Assembly: GCF_006345805.1 (NCBI RefSeq)
Contig: NC_043024.1
Coordinates: 11,842,001-11,906,000 of the forward strand
Length of the DNA: 64,000 nucleotides
Source of the DNA: Octopus sinensis
Taxonomy: Eukaryota
Direction: 5' to 3'
The notes under the pieces were generated by a model that had not been told where the DNA came from, ran no database searches, and was given only the letters and a program-made list of their open reading frames with translations. Of the stretch, positions 48,201-61,222 are shown in pieces. The translations under genes and the position numbers were made by a program. Numbering within the stretch: the stretch's first letter is position 1; each line of letters opens with the position of its first letter.

Positions 48201-48949
48201 AAATATGTAACAGTTACAAATATGTAACAGTTTATGGAAAGAAAGTCATGGATATATTCGACTAACGGAAGCATTGACATAAAACAGGTTGAAATGTGAG
48301 AAACATTATTCTATCGAAATTGTTGACTCCAGTTTTGCATGCGATTATATTTCACCTAAAATCACAGATAAAAAGATAAATCCGAATAAATCTGTCAGAC
48401 AACATTTTTCATGTAACTCCATTATTTTCGCCTGTGTTTTACACCATATTTGATCAACTAAAAGCGATTATTTTATAAGTGGACACAACGGTGCCTTTCC
48501 TAGATACTAAAAGATAGCCGTTAAAGTCACAGCTGCCGCTTATCAACCAATTTGTTTTTACTATTGATTTTTTTTTTCGTTTTGTTTCTTTCTTTTTTCT
48601 TTTTACGTTAACTAAAATTGGAAAACATTTTGTTTGGAAAATCCAATACTGTTCCTCCTTCATCACCGTATTCCTGCCAGGACAAGAATTCGTTTGTTTC
48701 TCATTCATTATGTCAGGTATGTTCTTGAATGAAAGAATTACGACGCTCATCTACAATGTTACGTCAGATGGTGTTCGAAAAAGAGTCGTTTAGAAATCAA
48801 GTATTCAAGAACAGCTTTTAAATGTTGTTTCATGTTTATAGCATCGTTATAGACCCGACATGTTAAGCTTATTTTCAATTACTACATCTTGATACGTAGG
48901 TCTGTTACGATAACATTACTAAATGAAGTGAGACAATCAAGGGAGATTG

Positions 48950-50622
48950 CTATTTTTATTTCTTTATTGCCCACAAGAGGCTAAACATAGAGGGGACAAA
49001 CAAGGACAGACAAACGGATTAAGTCGATTACATCGACCCCAGTGCGTAACAGGGAACTTAATTTATCGATCCCGAAAGGATGAAAGGCAAAGTCGACCTC
49101 GGAGGAATTTGAACTCAGAACGTAGCAGCTGACGAAATACCTATTTCTTTACTACCCACAAGGGGCTACACACAGAGGGGACAAACAAGGACAGACAAAG
49201 TGATTAAATCGATTACATCGATGCCAGTGCGTAACTGGTACTTAATTTATCGATCCCGAAAGGATGAAAGGCAAAGTCGACCTCGGCGGAATTTGAACTC
49301 AGAACGTAGCGGCATACGAAATACCTATTTCTTTACCACCCACAACCGGCTAAACATAGAGGGGAAAAACAAGGACAGATAAAGGGACTAAGTCGATTAT
49401 ATCGACCCTGTGCGTAACAGGGAACTTAATTTATCGACCCCGAAAGGATGAAGGGCAAAGTCAACCTCGGAGGAATTTGAACTCAGAACGTAAAGACAGA
49501 CGAAATACCTATTTCTTTACTACCCACAAGGGGCTAAACACAGAGAGGACAAATAAGGACAGGCAAACGGATTAAGTCGATTATATCGATTCAGTGCGTA
49601 ACTGGTACTTAATTTACCGACCCCGAAAGGATGAAAGGCAAAGTCGACCTCGGCGGAATTTGAACTCAGAACGCAACGGTAGACGAAATACCTATTTCTT
49701 TACTACCCACAAGGGGCTAAACATAGAGAGGAAAAACAAGGACAGACAAAGGGATTAATTCGATTACATCGATGCCAGCGCGTAACTGGTACTTAATTTA
49801 TCGACACCGAAAGGATGAAAGGCAAAGTCGACCTCGGAGGTATTTTGAACTCAGAACGTAGCGGCAGACGAAATACCTATTTCTTTACTACCACAAGGGG
49901 CTAAACATAGAGAGGAAAAACAAGGACAGACAAAGGGATTAATTCGATTACATCGATGCCAGCGCGTAACTGGTACTTAATTTATCGACACCGAAAGGAT
50001 GAAAGGCAAAGTCGACCTCGGAGGTATTTTGAACTCAGAACGTAGCGGCAGACGAAATACCTATTTCTTTACTACCCACAAGGGGCTAAACGTAGAGAGG
50101 ACAAACAAGGACAGACAAATGGATTAAGTCGATTACATCGATGCCAGTGCGTAACTGGTACTTAATTTATCGATCCCGAAAGGATGAAAGGCAAAGTCGA
50201 CCTCGGCGGAATTTGAACTCAGAACGTAGAGACAGACGAAATACCTATCTCTTTACTACACACAAGGGGCTAAACACAGAGAGAACAAACAAGGACAGAC
50301 AATAGGATTAAATCGATTACATCGATGCCAGTGCGTAACAGGGAACTTAATTTATCGATCCCGAAAGGATGAAAGGCAAAGTCGACCTCGGCGGAATTTG
50401 AACTCAGAACGCAACGGTAGACGAAAATACCTATTTCTTTACTACCCACAAGGGGCTAAACACAGAGAGGACAACCAAGGACAGACCAAGGGATTAGGTC
50501 GATTAAATCTACCCCAGTGCGTAACTGGTACTTAATTTATCGACCCCGAAAGGATGAAAGGCCATGTCGACCTCGGAGGAATTTGAACTCAGAACGTAGC
50601 GGCAGACGAAATACCTATTTCT
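48950..50622 (-). repeat. Headless tandem array of 9 SINE-B modules (~184 bp)
   Basis: Junction cctatttct near 49140, 49325, 49508, 49690, 49876, 50060, 50243, 50430, 50613. Confidence 0.92.
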
Positions 50623-51177
50623 ACAATGGCTGGAGTTGATTCGTTCGGCTAAACAATTTTCAGGCGGTGCCCCAGGATGGCCGCAATCTACTGACTGAAA
50701 TAAGTAAAAGATAAAAGATAATATATGTACTTTTTAAATCTTTGAACGTGTGGGTATATTTTAGCGAACGCAGTTTCGTTTGACCTTTGCCCCTGGAAGA
50801 CAGAAAAGCGGACGGCTGCAGGGTTTTGGGTGTATGGTTCACTACTTGGCAGAAACAATTATTTCCAGCCTTAAACACAAAATTATGTGGTTGCTCGCTT
50901 TTGCGTCTTCCAGGGCTATAGTCAAGCGAAATTGTGAGCTCAAAGAGTGAGATAAGAGGGAGATTTGGCTGTTGTTTTTCGCAGAAATAGCAATCTGCCT
51001 TTGTCGGTATTTGGTCGGTGGAAACTGTTCGGGAGATGCTTGTGGGACTGTTTCTGTTCTTTGTAGTTGTGTAACCAGGTTCTAAAGATGGCGCGAGCGA
51101 GCACTTAAGAAAAAGGAACTGTAACACATCCCAAACGATTTTTTAACTCATTTCTCTCAATATTTCATTAGTGTTAG

Positions 51178-51575
51178 GGCGGCGAGCTGGCGGAACCGTT
51201 TGCACGCCGGTCGAAATGCTTAGCGGTATTTCGTCTGCCGTTACGTTCTGAGTTCAAATTTCGCCGAGGTCGACTTTGCCCTTGATCATTTCGGGGTCGA
51301 TAAATTAAGTACCAGTTACGCACTGGGGTCGATATAATCGACTTAATCCGTTTGTCTGTCCTTGTTTGTCCACTCTATGTTTTAGCCCCTTGTGGGTAGT
51401 AAAGAAATTGGTATTTCGTCTGCCGCTACGTTCTGAGTTCAAATTCCGCCGAGGTCGACTTTGCCTTTCACCTTTCGGGGTCAATAATTTAAGTACCAGT
51501 TACGCACTGGGGTGTTCTAATCGATTGCCCTCTCCCCACAAATTTTGGGCCTTGTGCCTAGAGTAGAAAAGAATA
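51178..51575 (+). mobile_element. SINE family B, head + 2 modules, second with variant tail
   Basis: Family sequence. Confidence 0.82.
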
Positions 51576-52060
51576 TAAGACAATGAGTGTAAAATAGTTA
51601 CAACATATATATACACAGACACACACGTTTTCTCTCAACCTTTAATTCATATTTTAAAAACCAAAACCAAAATTACTTTTTGATTGGTTATGTGAATCTA
51701 AAGACATTCTACAGAAGGTTTTTTTTTTTGCTGAATGGGGACTTCAAAAAGTCTTCAGCGCGATTCAAATGATTCAAGGTACCTGCAGCTTTCATATTTA
51801 ATATCTTGCTGGTTTGCATCACCGATGTAAAGACAAGTTCATTCTTGTTTCTCTCTGGGAAGCACTCCGTCGGTTACGACGACGAGGGTTCCGGTTGATC
51901 CGATCAACGGAACAGCCTGCTCGTGAAATTAACGTGTAAGTTAATCTTCCTTACAAACATAGACACACACACACATAAATATATGACAACTTATATATAT
52001 TTATGTGTGTGTCTAAACATACATATATACATACATACATACATACACACACACACATAT

Positions 52061-52091
<31 letters not shown>

Positions 52092-52479
52092 ATATATATA
52101 TATATAATATATATATATATATAATATTAGGGAGTATAACTCCAAACTTACAGGGAAAAATTAGATTTAGGATTAAATCAAATTTCACAGTATAGATATA
52201 AATTAAATTAGAGATAAAACCACTATTAGGCAAATCAAACCGGTCTGGGAATCAAAACCGCGATCCTATGACCGCGAGTCGGCTGCCCTAACCACTGGGC
52301 CATTGCGCCTCCACTGTTTCTCTCTAGTGGGATGGCAGAAATGCCTGTACTTTTGAATATGTATTTAAATAGATATTTTATAGTTTTGACAGTTACGTAT
52401 CATTCGACAGTGCTGTGGGCGCCGTATTTCTGAAGTAAGCAAGCATTGACAATTATCCACCTCGATGTCTCTCTCTTTA

Positions 52480-52872
52480 CTCTTTTACTCTATTACTTGT
52501 TTCAGTCATTTGACTGCGGCCATGCTGGAGCACCGCCTTTAGTCGAGCAAATCGACCCCGGGACTTATTCTTTTGTAAGCCCAGTACTTATTCTATCGGT
52601 CTCTTTTGCCGAACCGCTAAGTAACGGGGACGTAAACACACCAGCATCAGATGTCAAGCAATGCTAGGGGGACAGACACAAACATAGACGCAAGCACACA
52701 TATACATATACATACATATATACGACGGGCTTCTTTCAGTTTCCGTCTACCAAATCCACTCACAAGGCATTGGTCGGCCCGGGGCTGTAGCAGAAGACAC
52801 TTGCCCAAGATGCCACGCAGTGGGACTGAACCCTGAACCATGTGGCTGGTTAGCAAGCTACTTACCACACAG
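52480..52872 (-). mobile_element. SINE family C
   Basis: Family consensus. Confidence 0.85.
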
Positions 52873-53171
52873 CCTCTCTCTTTGCATCTTACACATAAGT
52901 AGTGTGACTTCCATCAGAAGGACTTCACCGATGATAAAACGGGCGACAGTTGTCACCATTTAACGTTTGTGAACGTAATTCGTAGGGATAATTCTTACTG
53001 CAATATCTGTTTATCAGTGAAAGAAAAGGATGAAAGGCAAAGTCGATCTCGGCGGAATTTGAACTCAGAACGTAACGGCAGACGAAATACGGCTACGCAT
53101 TTCGCCCGGCGTGCTAATGATTCTGCCAGCTCGCCGCCCTTTATTTATATTGTTACTATTACCTTTACTAG

Positions 53172-53548
53172 TGGAGGCGCAATGGCCCAGTGGTTAGGGC
53201 AGCGGACTCGCGGTTTCGATTCCCAGACCGGGCGTTGTGAGTGTTTATTGAGCGAAAACACCAAAAGAGCTCCACGAGGCTCCGGCAGGGGATGGTGGTG
53301 ATCCCTGCTGTACTCTTTCACCACAACTTTCTCTCACTCTTACTTCCTGTTTCTGTTGTACCTGTATTTCTAACGGGCCGGCCTTGTCACTCTCTGTGTC
53401 ACGCTGAATATCCCTGAGAACTACGTTAAGGGTGCACGTGTCTGTGGAGTGCTCAGCCACTTACACGTTAATTTCACGAGCAGGCTGTTCCGTTGATTCG
53501 GATCAACCGGGGCCCTCGTCGTCGTGACCGACGGAGTGCTTCCATCCA
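53172..53548 (+). mobile_element. SINE family A1
   Basis: TSD attacctttac on both sides. Confidence 0.88.
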
Positions 53549-53754
53549 TTACCTTTACACTGTAAATTACAACTGTTTTGTGTTGTTTGTGTGCACTATT
53601 TATTTATTGTTCTATAATTCATCCTGTATGGTAGTTAGCTTCGTCTATTGGTGAATTCTAGGGAGAGAAAGACCATACTAGAAATGAGAAAAAGAGATGC
53701 TCTCTGATGAGCGTCCAAGACACCAGAGAGAGAGACACACACACAGAACTGATT

Positions 53755-54156
53755 TACTCTTTACTCTCTTTTACTTGTTTCAGTCATTTGACTGCGGCCA
53801 TGCTGGAGCACCGCCTTTAGTCGAGCAAATCGACCCCGGGACTTATTCTTTTTGTAAGCCCAGTACTTATTCTATCGGTCTCTTTTGCCGAACCGCAAAG
53901 TGACAGGGACGTAAACACACCAGCATTGGTTGTCAAACAATGCTAGGGGGACAAACACACACACACACACATATATATATATACATATATACGACAGGCT
54001 TCTTTCAGTTTCCGTCTACCAAATCCACTCACAAGGCATTGGTCGGCCCGGGGCTATAGTAGAAGACACTTGCCCAAGATACACGCAGTGGGACTGAACC
54101 CCGAACCATGTGGTTGGTTAGCAAGCTACTTACCACACAGCCACTCCTGCGCCTAT
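53755..54156 (-). mobile_element. SINE family C
   Basis: Family consensus. Confidence 0.85.
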
Positions 54157-54989
54157 TTGAGGTTGTTTATCTAATTCTTTGCAGCCAAACCTAATCAAGC
54201 GAAACAAAGGATTTTCCTCTGTATCCGCTTTGACCCATGTATGACTCAAAAACGTTAAGAAGTCAGTTTATTCTCTTAAACAGGTGAAAACAATAGGCAG
54301 AGGACTTGTGGGAAAATGTGGATTTGGTTTCAAATCTGTAACTGGCGCCGCTGGCTTTCTTCTTGGATAAATGCAAGTTAGTGGCCGCAGGGGAAATGTA
54401 GAAAGGGGGAGTCTAGGGGAAATGGTTTCATGGGAACGGAATAGATGTAATGATTAGTGTAGACCCCTATGGATGGTTAGAGTAAACATGGCTGAAGAAA
54501 AGGAGGGGTGATGAGTCAGTGGGGTGTATGGTAGTTCCGAAGAATAGAAGCCACGGGAAGCTGTGGTACAAAGGGCAGAGAGAGAAGAGATAGCAGGTTC
54601 ATAATAGAATTTGCCAATCCTATGGGAAAATATCTGTTCCGACAAAATGTGAATTTGGTTTCAAATCTTGGTTTAGCCATTTGGAAAGTATTCGGTATAA
54701 ATATAATCGATCACAAAACTGCTGAATATGTATTGATCAGGAACTAAACCACATCAATAACAACATGTCACTTTATTCTTTCCTAAATCGATAATCTGTT
54801 CTGCCACTGCTTCAACATAACAAATAATTCTAAATATTAAATTACATAAAAAAACATTCTCTCCTAGCAACTGTCTAAATTCTGAATTGAGTTACTTGAC
54901 CAAGTTGGCTCGGATTTCATCTTGATCGACTAATCTTTATCCACAAGATTTCGGTAAATATAAATATGAAGCTCATTTGAGCTCTTGTT

Positions 54990-55773
54990 GTTGTTATTGT
55001 TGTTGTTGTTGTTATTGTTGTTGCTGCTGTTGCTGTTGAGCGAACGGTCTTCGTCCCAGAGCTCACAAGATGGGAGAAGTCCGAAACGTGGTCCTTTTGC
55101 TATTCGTAAGACCTGCAGAAGAGAAAGCAGGTCAACCCCCGACACCGAGAGCATCGACGGATGGATGAATGCTCATCCAGGCTCAGCGGTTGCGTAGGAA
55201 GTCGGGGGACAAGAAACAGGAAGAAAGGGTGAGAGAAAGTTGGAGCGAAAGAGTACAACAGGGATCACCAACCCCTGCCGGAGCCTCATGGAGCTTTAGG
55301 TGTTTTGGCTCAATAAACACACACAACGACCGGTCTGGGAATCGAAACCGCGATCCCCCGACCGCGAATCCGCTGCCCTAATCATTGGGCCATTGCGCCT
55401 CCACTGTTGCTGTTAAGCGTAGCGGTCTTCGTCCAGTGGGAGAAGTCCGAAACGTGGTCCTTTTGCTATTCGTAAGACCCGCAGTAGAGAAAGCAGGTCA
55501 ACCCCCGACACCGAGAGCATCGACGGATGGATGAATGCGCATCCAGGCTCATCGGTTGCGTAGGAAGTTGGGTACAAGAAACAGGAAGAAAGAGTGAGAG
55601 AAAGTTGAAGCGAAAGTGTACAACAGGTACAACCACCCCCTGCCGGAGCCTTGTGGAGCTTTAGGTGTTTTCGCTCAATGAACACACACAACGCCCGGTC
55701 TGGGAATCGAAACCGCGATCCTCCGACCGCGAGTTCGCGCTGCCCTAACCACTGGGTTAACCATTGCGCCTCC
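54990..55773 (-). mobile_element. SINE family A3, tandem pair, (CAA)n tail
   Basis: A head with a third distinct tail; two adjacent copies. Confidence 0.8.
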
Positions 55774-55877
55774 ACTGTTGTTGCTGCTTTAGATGAAGGT
55801 TTTCTTATTTACCTTGACTCCTTCCGGGGCCGGTGTAACTGGTGCCGCTGGTTTTCTTCTTGGATAAATGCAAGTTA

Positions 55878-57455
55878 GGGGAGGAAGCACTCCGTCGGTT
55901 ACGACGACGAGGGTTCCGGTTGATCCGAATCAACGGAACAGCCTGCTCGTGAAATTAACGTGTAAGTGGCTGAGCACTCCACAGACACGTGTACCCTTAA
56001 CGTAGTTCTCGGGGATATTCAGCGTGACACAGAGAGTGGACAAGGCCGGCCCTTTGAAATACAGGCACAACAGAAACAGGAAGTAAGAGTGAGAGAAAGT
56101 TGTGGTGAAAGAGTACAGCAGGGATCACCACCATCCCCTGCCGGAGCCTCGTGGAGCTTTAGGTGTTTTAGCTCAATATGGAAGCATTCCGTCGGTTACG
56201 ACGACGAGGGTCCCGGTTGATCCGATCAACGGAACAGCCTGCTCGTGAAATTAACGTGTAAGTGGCTGAGCACTCCACAGACACGTGTACCCTTAACGTA
56301 GTTCTCAGGGATATTCAGCGTGACACAGAGAGTGACAAGGCCGGCCCGTTAGAAATACAGGTACAACAGAAACAGGAAGTAAGAGTGAGAGAAAGTTGTG
56401 GTGAAAGAGTACAGCAGGGATCACCACCATCTCCTGCCGGAGCCTCGTGGAGCTTTAGGTGTTTTAGCTCAATATGGAAGCATTCCGTCGGTTACGACGA
56501 CGAGGGTCCCGGTTGATCCGATCAACGGAACAGCCTGCTCGTGAAATTAACGTGTAAGTGGCTGAGCACTCCACAGACACGTGTACCCTTAACGTAGTTC
56601 TCAGGGATATTCAGCGTGACACAGAGAGTGACAAGGCCGGCCCGTTAGAAATACAGGTACAACAGAAACAGGAAGTAAGAGTGAGAGAAAGTTGTGGTGA
56701 AAGAGTACAGCAGGGATCACCACCATCCCCTGCCGGAGCCTCGTGGAGCTTTTTTGGTGTTTTAGCTCAATATGGAAGCATTCCGTCGGTTACGACGACG
56801 AGGGTCCCGGTTGATCCGATCAACGGAACAGCCTGCTCGTGAAATTAACGTGTAAGTGGCTGAGCACTCCATAGACACGTGTACCCTTAACGTAGTTCTC
56901 AGGGATATTCAGCGTGACACAGAGAGTGACAAGGCCGGCCCGTTAGAAATACAGGTACAACAGAAACAGGAAGTAAGAGTGAGAGAAAGTTGTGGTGAAA
57001 GAGTACAGCAGGGATCACCACCATCCCCTGCCGGAGCCTCGTGGAGCTTTAGGTGTTTTAGCTCAATATGGAAGCATTCCGTCGGTTACGACGACGAGGG
57101 TCCCGGTTGATCCGATCAACGGAACAGCCTGCTCGTGAAATTAACGTGTAAGTGGCTGAGCACTCCACAGACACGTGTACCCTTAATGTAGTTCTCGGGG
57201 ATATTCAGCGTGACACAGAGAGTGACAAGGCCGGCCCGTTAGAAATACAGGTACAACAGAAACAGGAAGTAAGAGTGAGAGAAAATTGTGATGAAAGAGT
57301 ACAGCAGGGATCACCACCATCCCCTGCCGGAGCCTTTTGGAGCTTTTTTGGTGTTTTCGCTCAATAAACACTCACAACGCCCGGTCTGGGAATCGAAACC
57401 GCGATCCTATGACCGCGAGTCCGCTGCCCTAACCACTGGGCCATTGCGCCTCCAC
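55878..57455 (-). mobile_element. SINE-A1 multimer: one head + five 296-bp bodies
   Basis: ORF-track period 296/296/298/296; 13-bp TSD taaatgcaagtta (55865-55877, 57456-57468). Confidence 0.92.
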
Positions 57456-57483
57456 TAAATGCAAGTTAATGGCTGCTGGGAAA

Positions 57484-57710
57484 GGCGTCGAGCTGGCAGA
57501 AACGTTAGCACGCCGGGCGATATACGGAGCCGTATTTCGTCTGCCGCTACGTTCTGAGTTCAAATTCCGCCGAGGTCGACTTTGCCTTTCATCCTTTCGG
57601 GGTCGATAAATTAAGTACCAGTTACGCACTGGGGTCGATGTAATCGACTTAATCCCTTTGTCTCTGTTTAATCCTTTCTGTGTTTAGCCCCTTGTGGGTA
57701 GTAAAGAAAC
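57484..57710 (+). mobile_element. SINE family B monomer
   Basis: Family sequence. Confidence 0.82.
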
Positions 57711-58175
57711 AGGCTGCAGGGAAAATGCAGAAAGGGGGAGTCTAGGGGAAATGGTTTTATGGGAAAGAAATAGATGTAATGATTAGGGAAGACCCCTATG
57801 GATGGTTAGAGTAAACATGGCTGACAAAAAGAGGGGAGATGAGTAAGTGGGGTGTACGGTAGTTCCGAAGAACCGAAGCCACGGGAAGCTGTGGTACAAA
57901 GGGCAGAGAGAGAAGAGATAGCAGGTCCATAATAGAATTTGTCAATCCTATGGGAAAATATGTGTCACGACAAACCAATTTCGACTGCGGCCGTGATGGA
58001 GCGTCGCATTTTAGTCCAAGAAATCGACCCCCAGGACTTATTCTATCAGTCTATTTTGCTGAACCGTTAAGTTAAACTGCCCAACAACAGTTGTCAAGCG
58101 ATGGGTGGAGGACAAACATAGACATACAGACATATATATGACAACTTATATATATTTATGTGTGTGTCTATACAT

Positions 58176-58289
<114 letters not shown>

Positions 58290-58610
58290 GGGAGTATAAC
58301 TCTAAACTTACAGGGAAAAATTAGATTTAGGATTAAATCAAATTTCACATTTTAAATATAAATTAAATTAGAGATAAAACCACTATTAGGCAAATCAAAC
58401 AGTGAAAAACATAAACCAAAACATAAAAAACAAAAAATAAATATAATTAATATAATATACAGTATATATATAAAATATAAAATTTAAAATTTAAATTATT
58501 AAAATTTTAAATTTTTAAATTTTTGTATTTTTAAATTTTTAAATTAAAAAAATTTTTAACTTTTAATTTTTTAATTATTTATATATATATATATATATAT
58601 ACAAAGGGCT

Positions 58611-58658
<48 letters not shown>

Positions 58659-58808
58659 GATACAAAGAGATCTTCTACGTAGGTGATCGACTTGCTTGTA
58701 GTAGCAAGCAAATCTTTAGCTAATCAAACCTTTAAATAAAAAAAGGATGCGTGAGTGGATGTAGGCCTTTATACCCTTATTAAAAACGGGATAGTCAAAG
58801 TTGGAACG

Positions 58809-60959
58809 CACGCGTTCTCAACCATTTTTTAATCTATGGACCCCTTTCATTACTATTTTATTCTGATGGACCTCCCTTAGACATTCGATGTTGAAAAACT
58901 AGTTTTATAGAAATTTTTTTCAGAATTCCTGTTTTGTTTTCCCCACATGAACTTGAGTCGGTTGGTCGATGTAAAAATGTCAGATAAAGAAACCCAACTG
59001 TTTCCTGCAATGCATAACAATACATACATCCAAATCAGGGGTTCTCAGCCATTTCATATCTACAGACCCCTTTATTTACTATTTCATTCTGGTGGGCATA
59101 TCATATCCATTCAATATTTGAAATCTAGTTTTATAGAAACTTCTTTCAAATCCCCTGTTTTGTTTCCCCCGCATGAACTTGAGTCGGTTGAACGATGTAA
59201 AAATGTCAGTTAAAGGAACCCAGCTGTTTCCTGCAATGCATATCAATACATACATCCAAATCAGGGGTTCTCAGCCATTTCATATCTACAGACCCCTTTA
59301 TTTACTATTTCATTCTGGTGGGCATATCATATCCATTCAATATTTGAAATCTAGTTTTATAGAAACTTCTTTCAAATCCCCTGTTTTGTTTCCCCCGCAT
59401 GAACTTGAGTCGGTTGATCGATGTAAAATGTCAGATAAAGAAACCCAACTGTTTCTTGCTACACATACCAATACATACATCCAAATCAGGGGTTCTCAGC
59501 CATTTCATACCTACAGACCCCTTTATTTACTATTTCATTCTGGTGGGCATATCATATCCATTCGATATTTGAAATCTAGTTTTATAGAAACTTCTTTTAA
59601 ATCCCCTGTTTTGTTTTCTCCGCATGAACTTGTGTCGGTTGATCGATGTAAAATGTTAGAGAAAGAAACCCAACTGTTTCTTGCAACACATACCAATACA
59701 TACATCCAAATCAGGGGTTCTCAGCCATTTCATATCTACAGACCCCTTTATTTACTATTTCATTCTGGTGGACATATCATATCCATTCAATATTTGAAAT
59801 CTAGTTTTATAGAAACTTCTTTCAAATCCCCTGTTTTGTTTTCCCCGCATGAACTTGTGTCGGTTGAACGATGTAAAATGTCAGATAAAGAAACCCAGCT
59901 GTTTCTTGCAACGCATACCAATACATACATCCAAATCAGGGGTTCTCAGCCATTTCATATCTACAGACCCCTTTATTTACTATTTCATTCTGGTGGACAT
60001 ATCATATCCATTCAATATTTGAAATCTAGTTTTATAGAAACTTCTTTCAAATCCCCTGTTTTGTTTTCCCCGCATGAACTTGTGTCGGTTGAACGATTGT
60101 AAATGTCAGATAAAGAAACCCAGCTGTTTCTTGCAACGCATACCAATACATACATCCAAATCAGGGGTTCTCAGCCATTTCATATCTACAGACCCCTTTA
60201 TTTACTATTCATTCTGGTGGACATATCATATCCATTCAATATTTGAATCTAGTTTTATAGAAACTTCTTTCAAATCCCCTGTTTTGTTTTCCCCGCATGA
60301 ACTTGTGTCGGTTGAACGATGTAAAATGTCAGATAAAGAAACCCAGCTGTTTCTTGCAACGCATACCAATACATACATCCAAATCAGGGGTTCTCAGCCA
60401 TTTCATATCTACAGACCCCTTTATTTACTATTTCATTCTGGTGGACATATCATATCCATTCAATATTTGAAATCTAGTTTTATAGAAACTTCTTTCAAAT
60501 CCCCTGTTTTGTTTTCCCCGCATGAACTTGTGTCGGTTGAACGATGTAAAATGTCAGATAAAGAAACCCAGCTGTTTCTTGCAACGCATACCAATACATA
60601 CATCCAAATCAGGGGTTCTCAGCCATTTCATATCTACAGACCCCTTTATTTACTATTTCATTCTGGTGGACATATCATATCCATTCAATATTTGAAATCT
60701 AGTTTTATAGAAACTTCTTTCAAATCCCCTGTTTTGTTTTCCCCGCATGAACTTGTGTCGGTCGATCGATGTAAAAATGTCAGAGAAAGGAACCCAGCTG
60801 TTTCTTGCACTGCATACCAATACATACATCTAAAGAGAGATTTTTTCAGGGGCCCTTAAAATACTATTGTGGATCCTCAATTTGCTATATTGTTGTGTGA
60901 ACCCCAAAAATCTTATATGGACCTTGAGGAACCATTTGGACCCCAGCTGAGAACCACCG
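58809..60959 (+). repeat. ~225-bp tandem array (about 9 copies) inside a hAT-type MITE
   Basis: Marker atgaacttg at 58947, 59173, 59399, 59624, 59849, 60074, 60297, 60522, 60747; each unit has caggggttctca; inverted end gctgagaaccaccg at about 60946-60959. Confidence 0.85.
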
Positions 60960-61222
60960 AAGTAAAGGGTTTTTATTTCTAAAATTCCCTACTAATAAAA
61001 TTACTACGGTAACATCTGTGAATGCAATCTATCTAGATGAATGTCACCTATCAAGAGAACGCCTTATCTGTTGTCCACACTGCAACAACATATGACGTCA
61101 TTGTAACGAGTCAAAAAGGACGTTTTTCACGTGGTCATTCGACATGTTAGAAATAGCAGTCATTTCTTTCCTAAACCACACGCTATTATTTTAAACAAAA
61201 TGATAAATGAAATAATATAGTC

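Noticed and set aside
48640-48725. Possible micro-exon (ccag|GACAAG...GTCAG|gtatgt)
   Set aside because: Good-looking splice signals but no partner exons or homology; needs RNA-seq.
50660-51127. 155-aa minus-strand ORF, and a YY1-like aagatggcg near 51085
   Set aside because: The ORF runs through recognisable repeat fragments and has no domain; a single 9-nt motif is not enough to call a promoter.
53700-53730. ctgatgagcgtcc hammerhead-like start
   Set aside because: No closing stem or GAAA follows.
48950-57455. Retrozyme hypothesis for the 183-bp and 296-bp SINE module arrays
   Set aside because: I found no CUGANGA/GAAA hammerhead core on either strand of either unit. An HDV-like or other ribozyme cannot be excluded without a covariance search.
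58947-60859. 309-aa and 261-aa repetitive ORFs
   Set aside because: The 225-bp unit preserves frame; the unit contains a TIR-like motif; indels break the frame between copies; no recognisable domain.
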